This document shows, in pieces, positions 1 to 10,338 of a stretch of 44,759 nt of DNA. Origin of the DNA: Octopus bimaculoides (Eukaryota); NCBI RefSeq assembly GCF_001194135.2, contig NC_068993.1, forward strand, positions 12,467,100-12,511,858, given 5' to 3'. The notes below the pieces were generated by a model that was not told the DNA's origin, made no database searches, and worked only from the letters and a program-made list of their open reading frames with translations. The position numbers were made by a program, and so were the translations under genes. Each line of letters begins with the position of its first letter. Positions within the stretch are counted from its first letter, which is position 1.

Positions 1-755
1 TATATATATGTATGTATGTACGTATGTATATATATCTATATTTTATATACCGCTCACTAAAGTGACTCAGCGTGTAGGTCAGCACCAATATTACTGGAAG
101 TAATAGTCAAAATAACTCTTAGATAAAGGCAAAGCACTATCTATTGGCTAACAAAGGAGACAACATCCCTATTGCAGGTGAGAGCGTCAGATTATCGATG
201 ATTTCGGATAGAATTCTTCCTCATCGGTGACACTAAACTGCTCTCTAGGTTTAAGCTAACTCGCCTCGTCAGTTCATAGAAAATACCATACGAATCTGTA
301 AAATGGTAAAGTGGAAATTATGAATTATTAAGGTGGATATTCGCAATTTGAAACCAAATACCACGAGTACCATCGTCACTAAAGTGTCTAAGCTTGCAAA
401 TCAGCACCAGCATTCCTGTAAATGAGAGTCAAACGCGTTACTCCTGCAACATCCTAGGAATTCTAACAAAACCCGTGTTAAAAATATATGTAAAAACTAG
501 AACCAGATTTTTTACGTCCTCCTCTCAAAATCACAATTGGGATGGCATTTGGGAGGTGAGATGTGGGGCAGCATCACGTATCTGTAACAGAACAATTGAC
601 GCTAGTGGGTAATACAGCTCGCTCAGAAGACAACTTTGGTAAATTCATGTGGAAATGAGCTGACTTCCCCCAACACGGATTTACGTTTGGTAATGGATGG
701 ACCTGACAGCCTTTTTACATCTGAAGCCATGGATTCACCACAGTGCTTTGATTTT

Positions 756-885
756 ATTTGACGGATATTTGTCCTCATCTTGTTTGTTGTTAACACAACC
801 TTTCGGCTGATATACCCTCCAGCCTTCATCAGGTGTCTTGGAGGAAATTTCGAAACTGGGTTCTCATTTCTAAAGTATTTTTCGA

Positions 886-900
<15 letters not shown>
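756..900 (-). mobile_element. 3' body of a tRNA-headed element carrying a Penelope-type hammerhead motif
   Basis: Minus strand reads ...caacatcgaaaaatactttagaaatgagaacccagtttcgaaatttcctccaagacacCTGATGAaggctggagggtatatcagccGAAAggttgtgttaacaacaaacaagatgaggacaaatatccgtcaaat. Part of this recurs inverted at 1651-1680. The CTGATGA...CGAAA motif is typical of Penelope-like element terminal repeats. Confidence 0.65.
792..837 (-). ncRNA. Minimal type I hammerhead ribozyme motif, probably inactive in this copy
   Basis: Stem I is gacac/gtgtt. Core CUGAUGA is at 832-826, followed by one extra A. Stem II is a perfect ggctg/cagcc around a 10-nt loop, and GAAA is at 804-801. Stem III is reduced to AGGU, where dimer-type Penelope hammerheads have the palindrome ACGU. 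Confidence 0.6.
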
Positions 901-1012
<112 letters not shown>

Positions 1013-1297
1013 NNNNNNNNNNNNNNNNNNNNNNNNNNNNNNNNNNNNNNNNNNNNNNNNNNNNNNNNNNNNNNNNNNNNNNNNNNNNNNNNNNNNNNNN
1101 NNNNNNNNNNNNNNNNNNNNNNNNNNNNNNNNNNNNNNNNNNNNNNNNNNNNNNNNNNNNNNNNNNNNNNNNNNNNNNNNNNNNNNNNNNNNNNNNNNNN
1201 NNNNNNNNNNNNNNNNNNNNNNNNNNNNNNNNNNNNNNNNNNNNNNNNNNNNNNNNNNNNNNNNNNNNNNNNNNNNNNNNNNNNNNNNNNNNNNNNN

Positions 1298-1522
1298 TTC
1301 CAGGTCTTTGTATTTTGAAAGTTTTTCCATTTCTTTTAGAGAAACGTTGTCATCTGCTGGTATTGATACATCAATTAGAAAGCATTTTTTTTTCTTCCTG
1401 ATCTTTGACAACTATATCTGGCCTATTGGCCTTAATTTCTCTATCTGTGTGTATTGGCATATCCCAGAGTATGGTTGCTTTCTCGTTTTCTGTGACCTTT
1501 TCTGGCGTGTGTTTATACCATC

Positions 1523-1523
<1 letters not shown>
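1298..1523 (-). mobile_element. 5'-truncated R4/Dong-type non-LTR retrotransposon, restriction-like endonuclease fragment
   Basis: Translates as RWYKHTPEKVTENEKATILWDMPIHTDREIKANRPDIVVKDQEEKK, then a +1 frameshift in the A9 run (1385-1393), then CFLIDVSIPADDNVSLKEMEKLSKYKDLE. This carries the RPD..D endonuclease motif and the K..KY..L motif of RLE-bearing LINEs. It is flanked by (TAA)n, and its 3' end lies in gap 1013-1297. Confidence 0.85.

Positions 1524-1590
<67 letters not shown>
1524..1590. repeat. (ATT)n microsatellite
   Basis: Read directly from the sequence. Confidence 0.95.
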
Positions 1591-1594
<4 letters not shown>

Positions 1595-1652
1595 TCAGTT
1601 CCTGGAATTGAACTCTGAATCTTTGGGTTAGTAACTCCCGCTTTTAACCACA
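1591..1652 (-). mobile_element. tRNA-derived (Pol III) SINE-like head, slightly 5'-truncated
   Basis: Minus strand is gtgTGGTTAAaagcgggagttactaacccaaagattcaGAGTTCAATTCCaggaactgacctg(aat)n. It has a partial A box and a B box (1604-1615) at tRNA-like spacing. Confidence 0.7.
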
Positions 1653-1733
1653 CCTGATGAAGGACAAATATCCTTCAAATGTAAATAATGTAAATAATGT
1701 TACATAATCCCTCATCTCTAAAATATAGAACTG
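1651..1733 (+). mobile_element. Inverted partial copy of the hammerhead-bearing tail with a 50-nt internal deletion
   Basis: cacCTGATGAagg|acaaatatccttcaaat matches the minus-strand sequence at 836-823 joined to 772-756. Extension past ~1680 (gtaaataatgt repeats) is assumed to be the same element and cannot be verified in this window. Confidence 0.65.
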
Positions 1734-2792
1734 AAGGACAAAGTTTTATTTGTGGTCCTCACGTTTACCGAAACAAATATCTATTAAGATTTATTATTTT
1801 GAGTAAAAATCGTCGTGACACTAAGCTCCATTTGCTTACTGCTTAGTGAGATTGTTCCATTGCAAATCTGTTAGATGGTGATGAACCGTGTCAGTGACTT
1901 GGTTGCAGTTAGCGCGACGAAGATTTTGGCAAGAAATGATAAATATTCTTTTAGTTATAATTCTTTTATTTTCCGTACAAGTTGTCTATTTCATTCAGTT
2001 GACGGACAAGCACGTCTTCGAAATTTCGTAATGGTCTTATGTTGTCTAATACTTGTACTGTCATTTAGTAGCGTGTGCGTAGATAATGTCTCCTTTAGAA
2101 AAGTATTCAAATGTATCAGAAAATACAATATTCTTAATGTCAAATTTACGTTTCTTCTAGAAGATTCTACAGATATCTTTGGAATTTCAAGATGGATGTC
2201 AAACAGAAAATTCGAATTCACAGAGCCGCATGTACAAAATTCATAGGAGGCACAAATATTATTTTGTTTTTCTACATATTTGAGAAGTGTTTTTAGGGTC
2301 ATATAAAGATTATTTTCAGCGCATTGTTTTAAAAATATCCACCACATTGCCGAGTAAATTCTCTTGTAACACTCATTAAAAAACAGTGTATTTTTTGCAC
2401 TATTTTTCTCAGCATGCAAATTACAGGAAGTCTATAAATTTGCCATCTCATGGGTGGAGTGAAGTGTTTGAAGAATACTTTATTGCAAAATTAATGAGAA
2501 AGCGCTTAGTAACAAACAATATCCCTAAGTATTTGTAAAAAAGTTAACGTACAACTATAACACAATATGCAGAATAAACCTACACACATAAATATGTAAG
2601 TGTGTACGATCCCACGCATATAAAATCTATTAGCGAACAATAATGTGCCTTGTAAATACAGTGTTCTCATATTTTTTCTATTATTCATGTCATTCAATCC
2701 TACATTATTCATTCATTTATAATTTAATCGTTTATATTCTATTTCTTTCTTTCAAGTATTTCATTACATTTTTTCATTACGATTTATATTAT

Positions 2793-2794
<2 letters not shown>

Positions 2795-2844
<50 letters not shown>

Positions 2845-2853
2845 TGATACTTG

Positions 2854-2942
<89 letters not shown>
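2795..2942. repeat. (AAT)n followed by (ATT)n, an inverted trinucleotide pair
   Basis: (AAT)n at 2795-2841, a short spacer, then (ATT)n from ~2858 to the gap at 2943. Confidence 0.95.
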
Positions 2943-3334
2943 NNNNNNNNNNNNNNNNNNNNNNNNNNNNNNNNNNNNNNNNNNNNNNNNNNNNNNNNNN
3001 NNNNNNNNNNNNNNNNNNNNNNNNNNNNNNNNNNNNNNNNNNNNNNNNNNNNNNNNNNNNNNNNNNNNNNNNNNNNNNNNNNNNNNNNNNNNNNNNNNNN
3101 NNNNNNNNNNNNNNNNNNNNNNNNNNNNNNNNNNNNNNNNNNNNNNNNNNNNNNNNNNNNNNNNNNNNNNNNNNNNNNNNNNNNNNNNNNNNNNNNNNNN
3201 NNNNNNNNNNNNNNNNNNNNNNNNNNNNNNNNNNNNNNNNNNNNNNNNNNNNNNNNNNNNNNNNNNNNNNNNNNNNNNNNNNNNNNNNNNNNNNNNNNNN
3301 NNNNNNNNNNNNNNNNNNNNNNNNNNNNNNNNNN

Positions 3335-3596
3335 ACCACCACCATATACATATATATAGTTATATATACATACATATGTTAGGATCCACAATGAGCAGAA
3401 CTTACTTCCAGGTATTGGTAGTGTAAATCAGAGGTGCAATCTGTGTGGGTGTTTTTTCAAAACACTGTCTGGTTTAAAAAGCCACATCAGACGCCATGAA
3501 AGGGCTAAGGTGTAGGTGCAGGAGGTGGTCAAACTCTGTTTAAGGAGTAGACAACCACCACCATATACATATATATAGTTATATATACATACATAT
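3335..3596 (+). repeat. 43-bp perfect direct repeat (3335-3377 and 3554-3596) bracketing the RTE fragment
   Basis: accaccaccatatacatatatatagttatatatacatacatat occurs at both positions. Confidence 0.9.
3378..3562 (+). mobile_element. 3' end of an RTE-clade LINE (ORF C-terminus, 3' UTR and tail)
   Basis: VRIHNEQNLLPGIGSVNQRCNLCGCFFKTLSGLKSHIRRHERAKV* (stop 3513-3515) contains a C-X2-C-X12-H-X3-H finger, as found at RTE ORF ends. It is followed by a short UTR hairpin (3524-3559) and an (ACC)n tail. Confidence 0.7.
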
Positions 3597-3800
3597 ATAT
3601 ACATGTATATATCCATACACACAAGCGTGTATATATATATATACACATACATATATACACATATTCATACATATATTCACATATTCAGACATACATACAT
3701 ATATGCATCTATCATATATATGTATATGTATATGTGCATATGTATGTACGTATGTATGTATGTGTGTATGTATGTATGTAGGTATGTATGTATGTACGTA

Positions 3801-3880
3801 CGACGGGGTTCTTTCAGTTTCCGTCTAGCAATGTCAATTACAAGGTTTCAGTCGGCCCGAAGCTACGGTATAGGACTCTT
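3801..3880 (-). mobile_element. SINE family A fragment
   Basis: cgacggggttctttcagtttccgtctagc... matches the copies at 10190 and 12555. Confidence 0.75.
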
Positions 3881-4722
3881 GTGTTTTACCTTCTTCCTTG
3901 AATCGCAACGTGAAACGTTTTGAGGTGTCACACATGCAGCCTAACGGAGCTGGATTTTCCTGAGTTTCACAAACTGGTTGATAAGCACTGCATTTTATGT
4001 AATTTCATCCTTCCTCTTTAGGCTTAGAATCCTATTTAGGCAAAGTATGGGGTAATAGCCAAGCTTCTACGCATGACGCTATTTTACTTGTACACTTCCC
4101 AGATCTATGCACGTTAAGATAAAGCTCAAAACATGTGAGCATTATAAACATTAATGCTTAATATGCAGGCGAATTTTGAGGTTGTCTTATATGCTATGTC
4201 AAAGTTTTCTCTTGCCAATATGAGATGACGCTTTAGTTCCAATGCAGCTATTTGAGAACTGTACGTCCAAAGCATACAGAAATCTGTACATTCTCAACTC
4301 CATCTTACTTATTTTCATTTCAGAACCTGCAGTCTATTCATCTCTCCGAAAAGTTATAAATTTTGCAGACCTTTGAAAATTTATGAACACAAGATTGTAT
4401 ACCATTTCCATTTGATGTGAACTTTTCCCTATCATCTGTCACAGAATTTCACAGACACGTAATTGCATTCTTAGTGCTTTTAGCTGCAATGAGCGAGGAT
4501 AAACAATTTACGTTCATATATTTACGTAATGGGAATTTCAGGTGGTGTTCTTTACAAACAAGGCAGAGACTGGAATAATGCAAAGTGCACGTGCTAAAAC
4601 ACAGCCTTGTTTCACACCATTTCCAACAGAAAATCTTATAAATATAAATACGTTAACTGTGCAAGAGCACACACTCAAAAGATGCTTGTTTATATAAGCA
4701 AATGCATACATATGTGCATCAC

Positions 4723-4761
<39 letters not shown>

Positions 4762-5274
4762 TTACACACACGCAAACACCGACATACACACAAGCATACA
4801 TATACATANNNNNNNNNNNNNNNNNNNNNNNNACGCAAACACCGACATACACACAAGCATACATATACATACATATATATAAATATGTGTACAGATAGAT
4901 AGATGGATAGATAGATGGATAGATAGATAGGTAGATAGATAGATAGGTAGATAGATAGATAGATAGATAGATAGGTATATATAGGCGTGTCTTTGTTCCT
5001 GTCACTTGAAGCATAAAGTATCCCGTATAGCGAATACGTTATATGTAATGATTCGATGGAAGTCAAATTCTCTGAATAAGGACAGACTTAATCAGCTGTT
5101 TCCATCGAATAAATATATTCTACTACATACATTAACCATTGTAATCAATGTATTTTATCGCTGAAGGTCTTAAGCAAAATGATGCCGTAATGGAAAAACA
5201 CTTAATGTTACACGGCCTTTAGTTAGGCGGGCTAATAATGATAATTATGGCTCATATTTTTTAGAGAAAGGGGT

Positions 5275-6870
5275 AATCAATTTTATCGACCGCAATTCAT
5301 GGACTGGTAGCTATTTTCTATTATCGACTCAAGAATTATGGAAAGCAAAAATCGACCTTAGTGTTATTTTAAATTCCCAGCATATAAAAGTTTCCCAATT
5401 CATTTGGCTATTCAGTCTCTTTCTCTATCATATTTTCTTTATGCTGTAAACCCAGGAATGATCAAGAAATGTATCGCCATTATATAAATGCACTTATTCT
5501 GATCACCGGAAATGTGAATGGTGGGAACTGAACTCAGAGCTTAAAGAAACGTAACTAAATACTGAAAGGCATATATTTTGTCAGCCAATGTAGTTTCCGA
5601 AATCAATAATTGATTCTGTAGCTACAGAAGTCCAGTCTCAAAAAAATATTAATTAGTTCTATCATTGTAATGATTTTTAACATAGGCGGCACAAAGAGTC
5701 AATTTTGTGTGGAGAGTAAGAATTCAATCGATGCTATCGACCCCCAGTCTTTGACTAGTACTTATTTTATTGATCCAAAAGAATGATTTCGGTCAGATTT
5801 TAATTCAGAAGGTAAAAGTATGTTACTAAATATCGTATAGCATTTTGAAAGTTGGTGAAACGATAACAAATGAAAGCAAAAATAATTGAAAAGGAAAAAT
5901 CCATAAATATTCGTGTAAGTAATACATCAAATTATTGTTTGGTAGCCCATTTCGTTTTTGGCACTCGATAAATTATTATTTCTTACATAGGAAGTGGTTG
6001 AAATAGCATTATCACATTTCCGGGACGCTTTATATGATGAGCTCAAAACACGTTGAGGTCAACTTCGCCATTAATTTCCCCGGGATCGATGAAATAAAAT
6101 ATAATTAAGTACTAGCGTGAATATAATACTGAACTCCTGCTAAATTTAAGGTCTTTTCTTCATATTAGAATCAACACATTCTTGAATAAAAAATAATTGG
6201 AAGAGATCTTTAAATAATTACTTAAGCCTGCCGCGATTCCTAAGTTTCATAAGAGCGGATTTTATCCCATTTTTTTAATCCCAAAAAGTGACTGAGATTA
6301 AGAGAATACTCTATAAACGAAGCTCTGATCCGTCGTATGTTTAACATCCCAGCTATTATTGGCTCTCATTCACAGCTGAGCGGACCTGAGAAACGTGAAA
6401 TGAAGTGTTTTGTTGAAGTACATAACGCACCGTATGATCCGGGAAGCTCACCCACTTTCATATATCACAAATGTGGTATTATATTCCGGCATTTTACATC
6501 CTAATTTCAAATCCAGCAACGGACGACATCGCATTCCAGCTAACTGATATGGATGAAGGAAAGTATCAATGAAATACGGGGATCAGTGTTATCGAGGGCT
6601 CCCTTCTTGCAAAATTCAAGGGCTTGTGACTATGTGAAAATTAGTTAGCTCTTGTATAAGAAGATGGCGGATTCACAAAATTGATAGAGATTTCGACATT
6701 GTAATTCGGTTCTTTACACTGTGAGTTCAAATCCGGCATGCATCAACTTTATCTTCAATTCTCCCGAGAGCGATAAATAAAGTCCCTGTGAAGTTCTGGA
6801 ATATGTATAATCACCACAACTCTACCTCACAAAACTTCTGGCCTTGTGCATATGATAGAAATTATTCTCT
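5275..6870. mobile_element. Cluster of several diverged SINE fragments, mostly family C, in both orientations
   Basis: Recurrent degenerate motifs (ttatcgac..., gagttcaaatcc, tcgatg..atcgac, ggccttgtgc) align to the better copies at 7130-7870. Individual boundaries are approximate. Confidence 0.6.
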
Positions 6871-7129
6871 ATCACGTAAAAACAAAAGAGACAATTAAAT
6901 ATATGGATGTCAGTGCTTGACTGGGTTTTTTTTTATCCACTCCAGGAGGATATAGGTCAAGGGTGACCTCTTAGTGATTTGGCAGTCTATAAATCATGCA
7001 TTGCTAATGATAATGTGTATCGCTACAAACCTATATATACTTCTTCCTTCTGTTGTTGTTGCTGTTGTTGATAATGCTTTTGTTGTTCAGCAACAGGTCG
7101 ACTCGGTTGGGAAGATTTTTTAATTAAAT

Positions 7130-7383
7130 AGAATCCAGCTGAGACAATCCCGGACAATCGTTGACGTTATTTCGTTTGTCTTCCCGTTCTGTGTTCAAAT
7201 TCCCCCGAGGTTAACTTTGCCTTTCATCCTCTCGGGGTTGATAAAATAAATAACAGCTGGGTTGCTGGGGGGGGGGTCGATGTAATCGATTACCCCCTCC
7301 TCAAAATTTCAGGCCTTGTGCCTATATTAGAAAGTATTATTATTATTATTATTATTATTAATATTATTATTATTATTATTATT
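7130..7383 (+). mobile_element. SINE family C (tRNA head plus CORE-like central segment), ends in (ATT)n
   Basis: ttcaaattcccccgaggttaactttgcctttcatcctctcggggttgataaaataaataac...ggccttgtgcctatattagaaag(tat)n. Confidence 0.8.
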
Positions 7384-7384
7384 A

Positions 7385-7604
7385 GAGAAAGCAAGCATAA
7401 TCGTTAACACTTCGGAAAAATGCTAAGCGGCATTTCGTCCGTCTTCACGTTCTCTTTTCAAATTCCATGGAGTCCAGCTTTGTCTATCATCCTTCCGGTG
7501 TCGATAAATTAAGTACCAGTTGATCACTAAGGTCGAGGTCAATACAATCAAATTACACCCGTCCCCAGAATTGCTGGCTTTATGCCAGAATTTGAAATTA
7601 TCAC

Positions 7605-7640
<36 letters not shown>

Positions 7641-7650
7641 TATCATTATT
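7385..7650 (+). mobile_element. SINE family C, second tandem copy, ends in (ATC)n
   Basis: aatcgttaacac...gcggcatttcgtccgtcttcacgttc...catccttccggtgtcgataaattaagtaccag. Confidence 0.8.
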
Positions 7651-7870
7651 AAAGCAGAATCTTGTTAGCACTTCGGGCGATATGCTTAGAAGCCTTTTGT
7701 CCGCCTTTACGTTCTGGGTTTAAATTCCGCTGAGGTCGACTTTGCCTTTCATCCTTTCGGGGTCGATAAATTAAGTACCGGTGAAACATTTGGGTCAATG
7801 TAATCGACTATCCCCCTCCCCCCAAATTACACGCCTTATGGTTTCAGTAGAAAGGACTATTATTATTATC
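7651..7870 (+). mobile_element. SINE family C, third tandem copy
   Basis: gttagcacttcgggcgatatgctta...gaggtcgactttgcctttcatcctttcggggtcgataaattaagtacc. Confidence 0.85.
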
Positions 7871-7950
7871 ACTACTTCGAACGTATGGTCTTCGGTTTTT
7901 TATCATCCGCACGGTTTTGATGAGTGTTACTAAATAGTTATTTCTATTAA

Positions 7951-8031
7951 GATGAGAACCAACATAGAGACTTCCTTGTTGACTCGGATACCAAAGTACA
8001 TATAATTGCCGACAAGTCAGCCTTTAAATGG
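7951..8031 (+). pseudogene. Possible Ty1/copia aspartic protease remnant
   Basis: DENQHRDFLVDSDTKVHIIADKSAFKW resembles the copia motif xxVDSGAxxHxxxDxxxF with G changed to D. It is short and has no supporting flanking domains. Confidence 0.3.
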
Positions 8032-10189
8032 TCAGTCAGTATGCTATGCTAGCAGCCACATTTACTTGAAGTCATTTGTGTAAAAGAAAAAAAGAGTGAG
8101 TGTACATTGTTTAATCTAAACCTATATCCACTAGATCTAAAAGAAACAAACGAACAAAAAACATCACGACTGCAATGCTTTTAATCATAGTTCTACATCA
8201 GCAAAGACAACATCCTACAAATCAACGATAGCAACAGCAATGTACAATTATCACGCAGAACGCAGAACAAATCGCTGCCCCAATACAAAGCACAACAAAC
8301 AATAAAACCTATTTATTGAGGTCGTGATTCTTTTTGTTTTTTTTGGGGTTTTTTTTCAATTTGTTTGATGCATAAAAAATTACGGAGTGTATACGATGCA
8401 AAATATAGCTGAGTAAGAAATAAGTAAACCGTTGTTTGATACAAACAATTGCATTCTAAATGCAGGGACTACATTTTCCGCACTACATGCATATTTTATA
8501 GATACGCAGAAACTTCAATAAGACAGTGAATTCATTGAAAAAAAAAATTAAAATAATATATATATATATATACAGATCATGTCTTAAAATAAAATAATGC
8601 TGATCTAGCTGTAAATTTTGATTCAACCAAACAATCTAATTTAAGGCAGACATTTAAATAAAACCAAAATGCCAAACGTAGAAATACTACTGTTAAATGA
8701 AAAATAGATAAGGAAAATACAGAACATAAAAATCAGTCAAAATATAATCAACGAAAACCAAACAAATTTTAAAACAATGAAAAACATAGAATTTACAAAT
8801 CAGGAGTACAGTCTTAAACACAAACAACACAAGCAAAAATAAATATGAAATCTGCAGTATAAACAAATTCGAATATACCTACAGAATATTGACGGACAAA
8901 TGTTAAACTAGAATAACCCTTGACGAAAACACGAACACAATCAATTAGAGGAGTGATGTAAGGATGGAAATGTTGAAACTGATAAAATCTGAGGTTGTAA
9001 ATAGTTAAAGAACGAAAATCGATAGCACATCTTTCTGTGGACTAACGAACGATTTTTCCTAGCGAAAAAAAAAAAATGAATGAATGAAAAAAAAAACCTT
9101 GATGTTTAAAAACGTAAAAAACGCAAAAAAAAAAGGTAAAAAAACAAACATAAATTTTCAGGAAGCTGAAGAAGCAATGTATAACGAAGTTAAAGAAGCT
9201 GTATTAGTTATACAGAAATGAGGTTAACCCATCGAAATTTGTTCAGTGGATGCGTGTAAATGCAAAACAAGCAAATGTTTTAAATGATTTTTTTTTTGCA
9301 GTTTGATCTGAGTTTTTAGAATTTGGAAGAACGCTGTTAGTCATTTAAATCGAAACCTCTACAGTTTATTAGTCGAAGAACAAAAAAAAAAAAAAAAAAN
9401 NNNNNNNNNNNNNNNNNNNNNNNNNNNNNNNNNNNNNNNNNNNNNNNNNNNNNNNNNNNNNNNNNNNNNNNNNNNNNNNNNNNNNNNNNNNNNNNNNNNN
9501 NNNNNNNNNNNNNNNNNNNNNNNNNNNNNNNNNNNNNNNNNNNNNNNNNNNNNNNNNNNNNNNNNNNNNNNNNNNNNNNNNNNNNNNNNNNNNNNNNNNN
9601 NNNNNNNNNNNNNNNNNNNNNNNNNNNNNNNNNNNNNNNNNNNNNNNNNNNNNNNNNNNNNNNNNNNNNNNNNNNNNNNNNNNNNNNNNNNNNNNNNNNN
9701 NNNNNNNNNNNNNNNNNNNNNNNNNNNNNNNNNNNNNNNNNNNNNNNNNNNNNNNNNNNNNNNNNNNNNNNNNNNNNNNNNNNNNNNNNNNNNNNNNNNN
9801 NNNNNNNNNNNNNNNNNNNNNNNNNNNNNNNNNNNNNNNNNNNNNNNNNNNNNNNNNNNNNNNNNNNNNNNNNNNNNNNNNNNNNNNNNNNNNNNNNNNN
9901 NNNNNNNNNNNNNNNNNNNNNNNNNNNNNNNNNNNNNNNNNNNNNNNNNNNNNNNNNNNNNNNNNNNNNATATATTACATATCCAAGAAAGAGTTTGTGA
10001 ATCCAACCAACTAAGGGATAATATATATCCAATATACTGCTGATAGGATACCTAATTACTATTACACAAGTTTTTTTTTATTGCCTGACAATTACATTAC
10101 CAAGTGTAATATATTGGTGACGGTAAAGAGATACACAAACATATACACACACACACACACACACACGTGCACATCTATGTATAAATATA

Positions 10190-10338
10190 CGACGGGCTTC
10201 TTTCAGTTTCCGTCTACCAAATCACTCACATGGATTTATTCGGCACGAGGTTATAGTAGAAGACACTTGGCAGGTGCCACGCAGTGGGACTGAATCTGGA
10301 ACCATGTGATTGGTAAGCAATCTACTTACCACCCAGCC
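10190..10338 (-). mobile_element. SINE family A (tRNA head and core)
   Basis: Reverse complement is ggctgggtggtaag...cacatggttccagattcagtcccactgcgtggcacctgccaagtgtcttctactataacctcg...tagacggaaactgaaagaagcccgtcg(ta)n. Confidence 0.85.

Noticed and set aside
123-556. Two AG|...|GTGAGA micro-exon candidates (123-177, 508-556)
   Set aside because: The acceptors are poor and the joined peptide is unrecognisable.
1991-2419. 142-aa minus-strand ORF and overlapping 123-aa plus-strand ORF
   Set aside because: No recognisable motif, AT-rich composition and no convincing splice context.
4540-4596. GGVLYKQGRDWNNAKCTC, VWC-like peptide after an AG
   Set aside because: It is followed immediately by a stop, has a weak acceptor, and is too short to distinguish from chance.
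4770-4871. 39-bp direct repeat on both sides of gap 4809-4832
   Set aside because: Identical sequence on either side of a short N run is the signature of unmerged overlapping contig ends.
7960-8013. HRD..FLVDSD..IIAD read as a kinase catalytic loop
   Set aside because: The LAARN segment and DFG are missing; it fits a copia protease remnant better.
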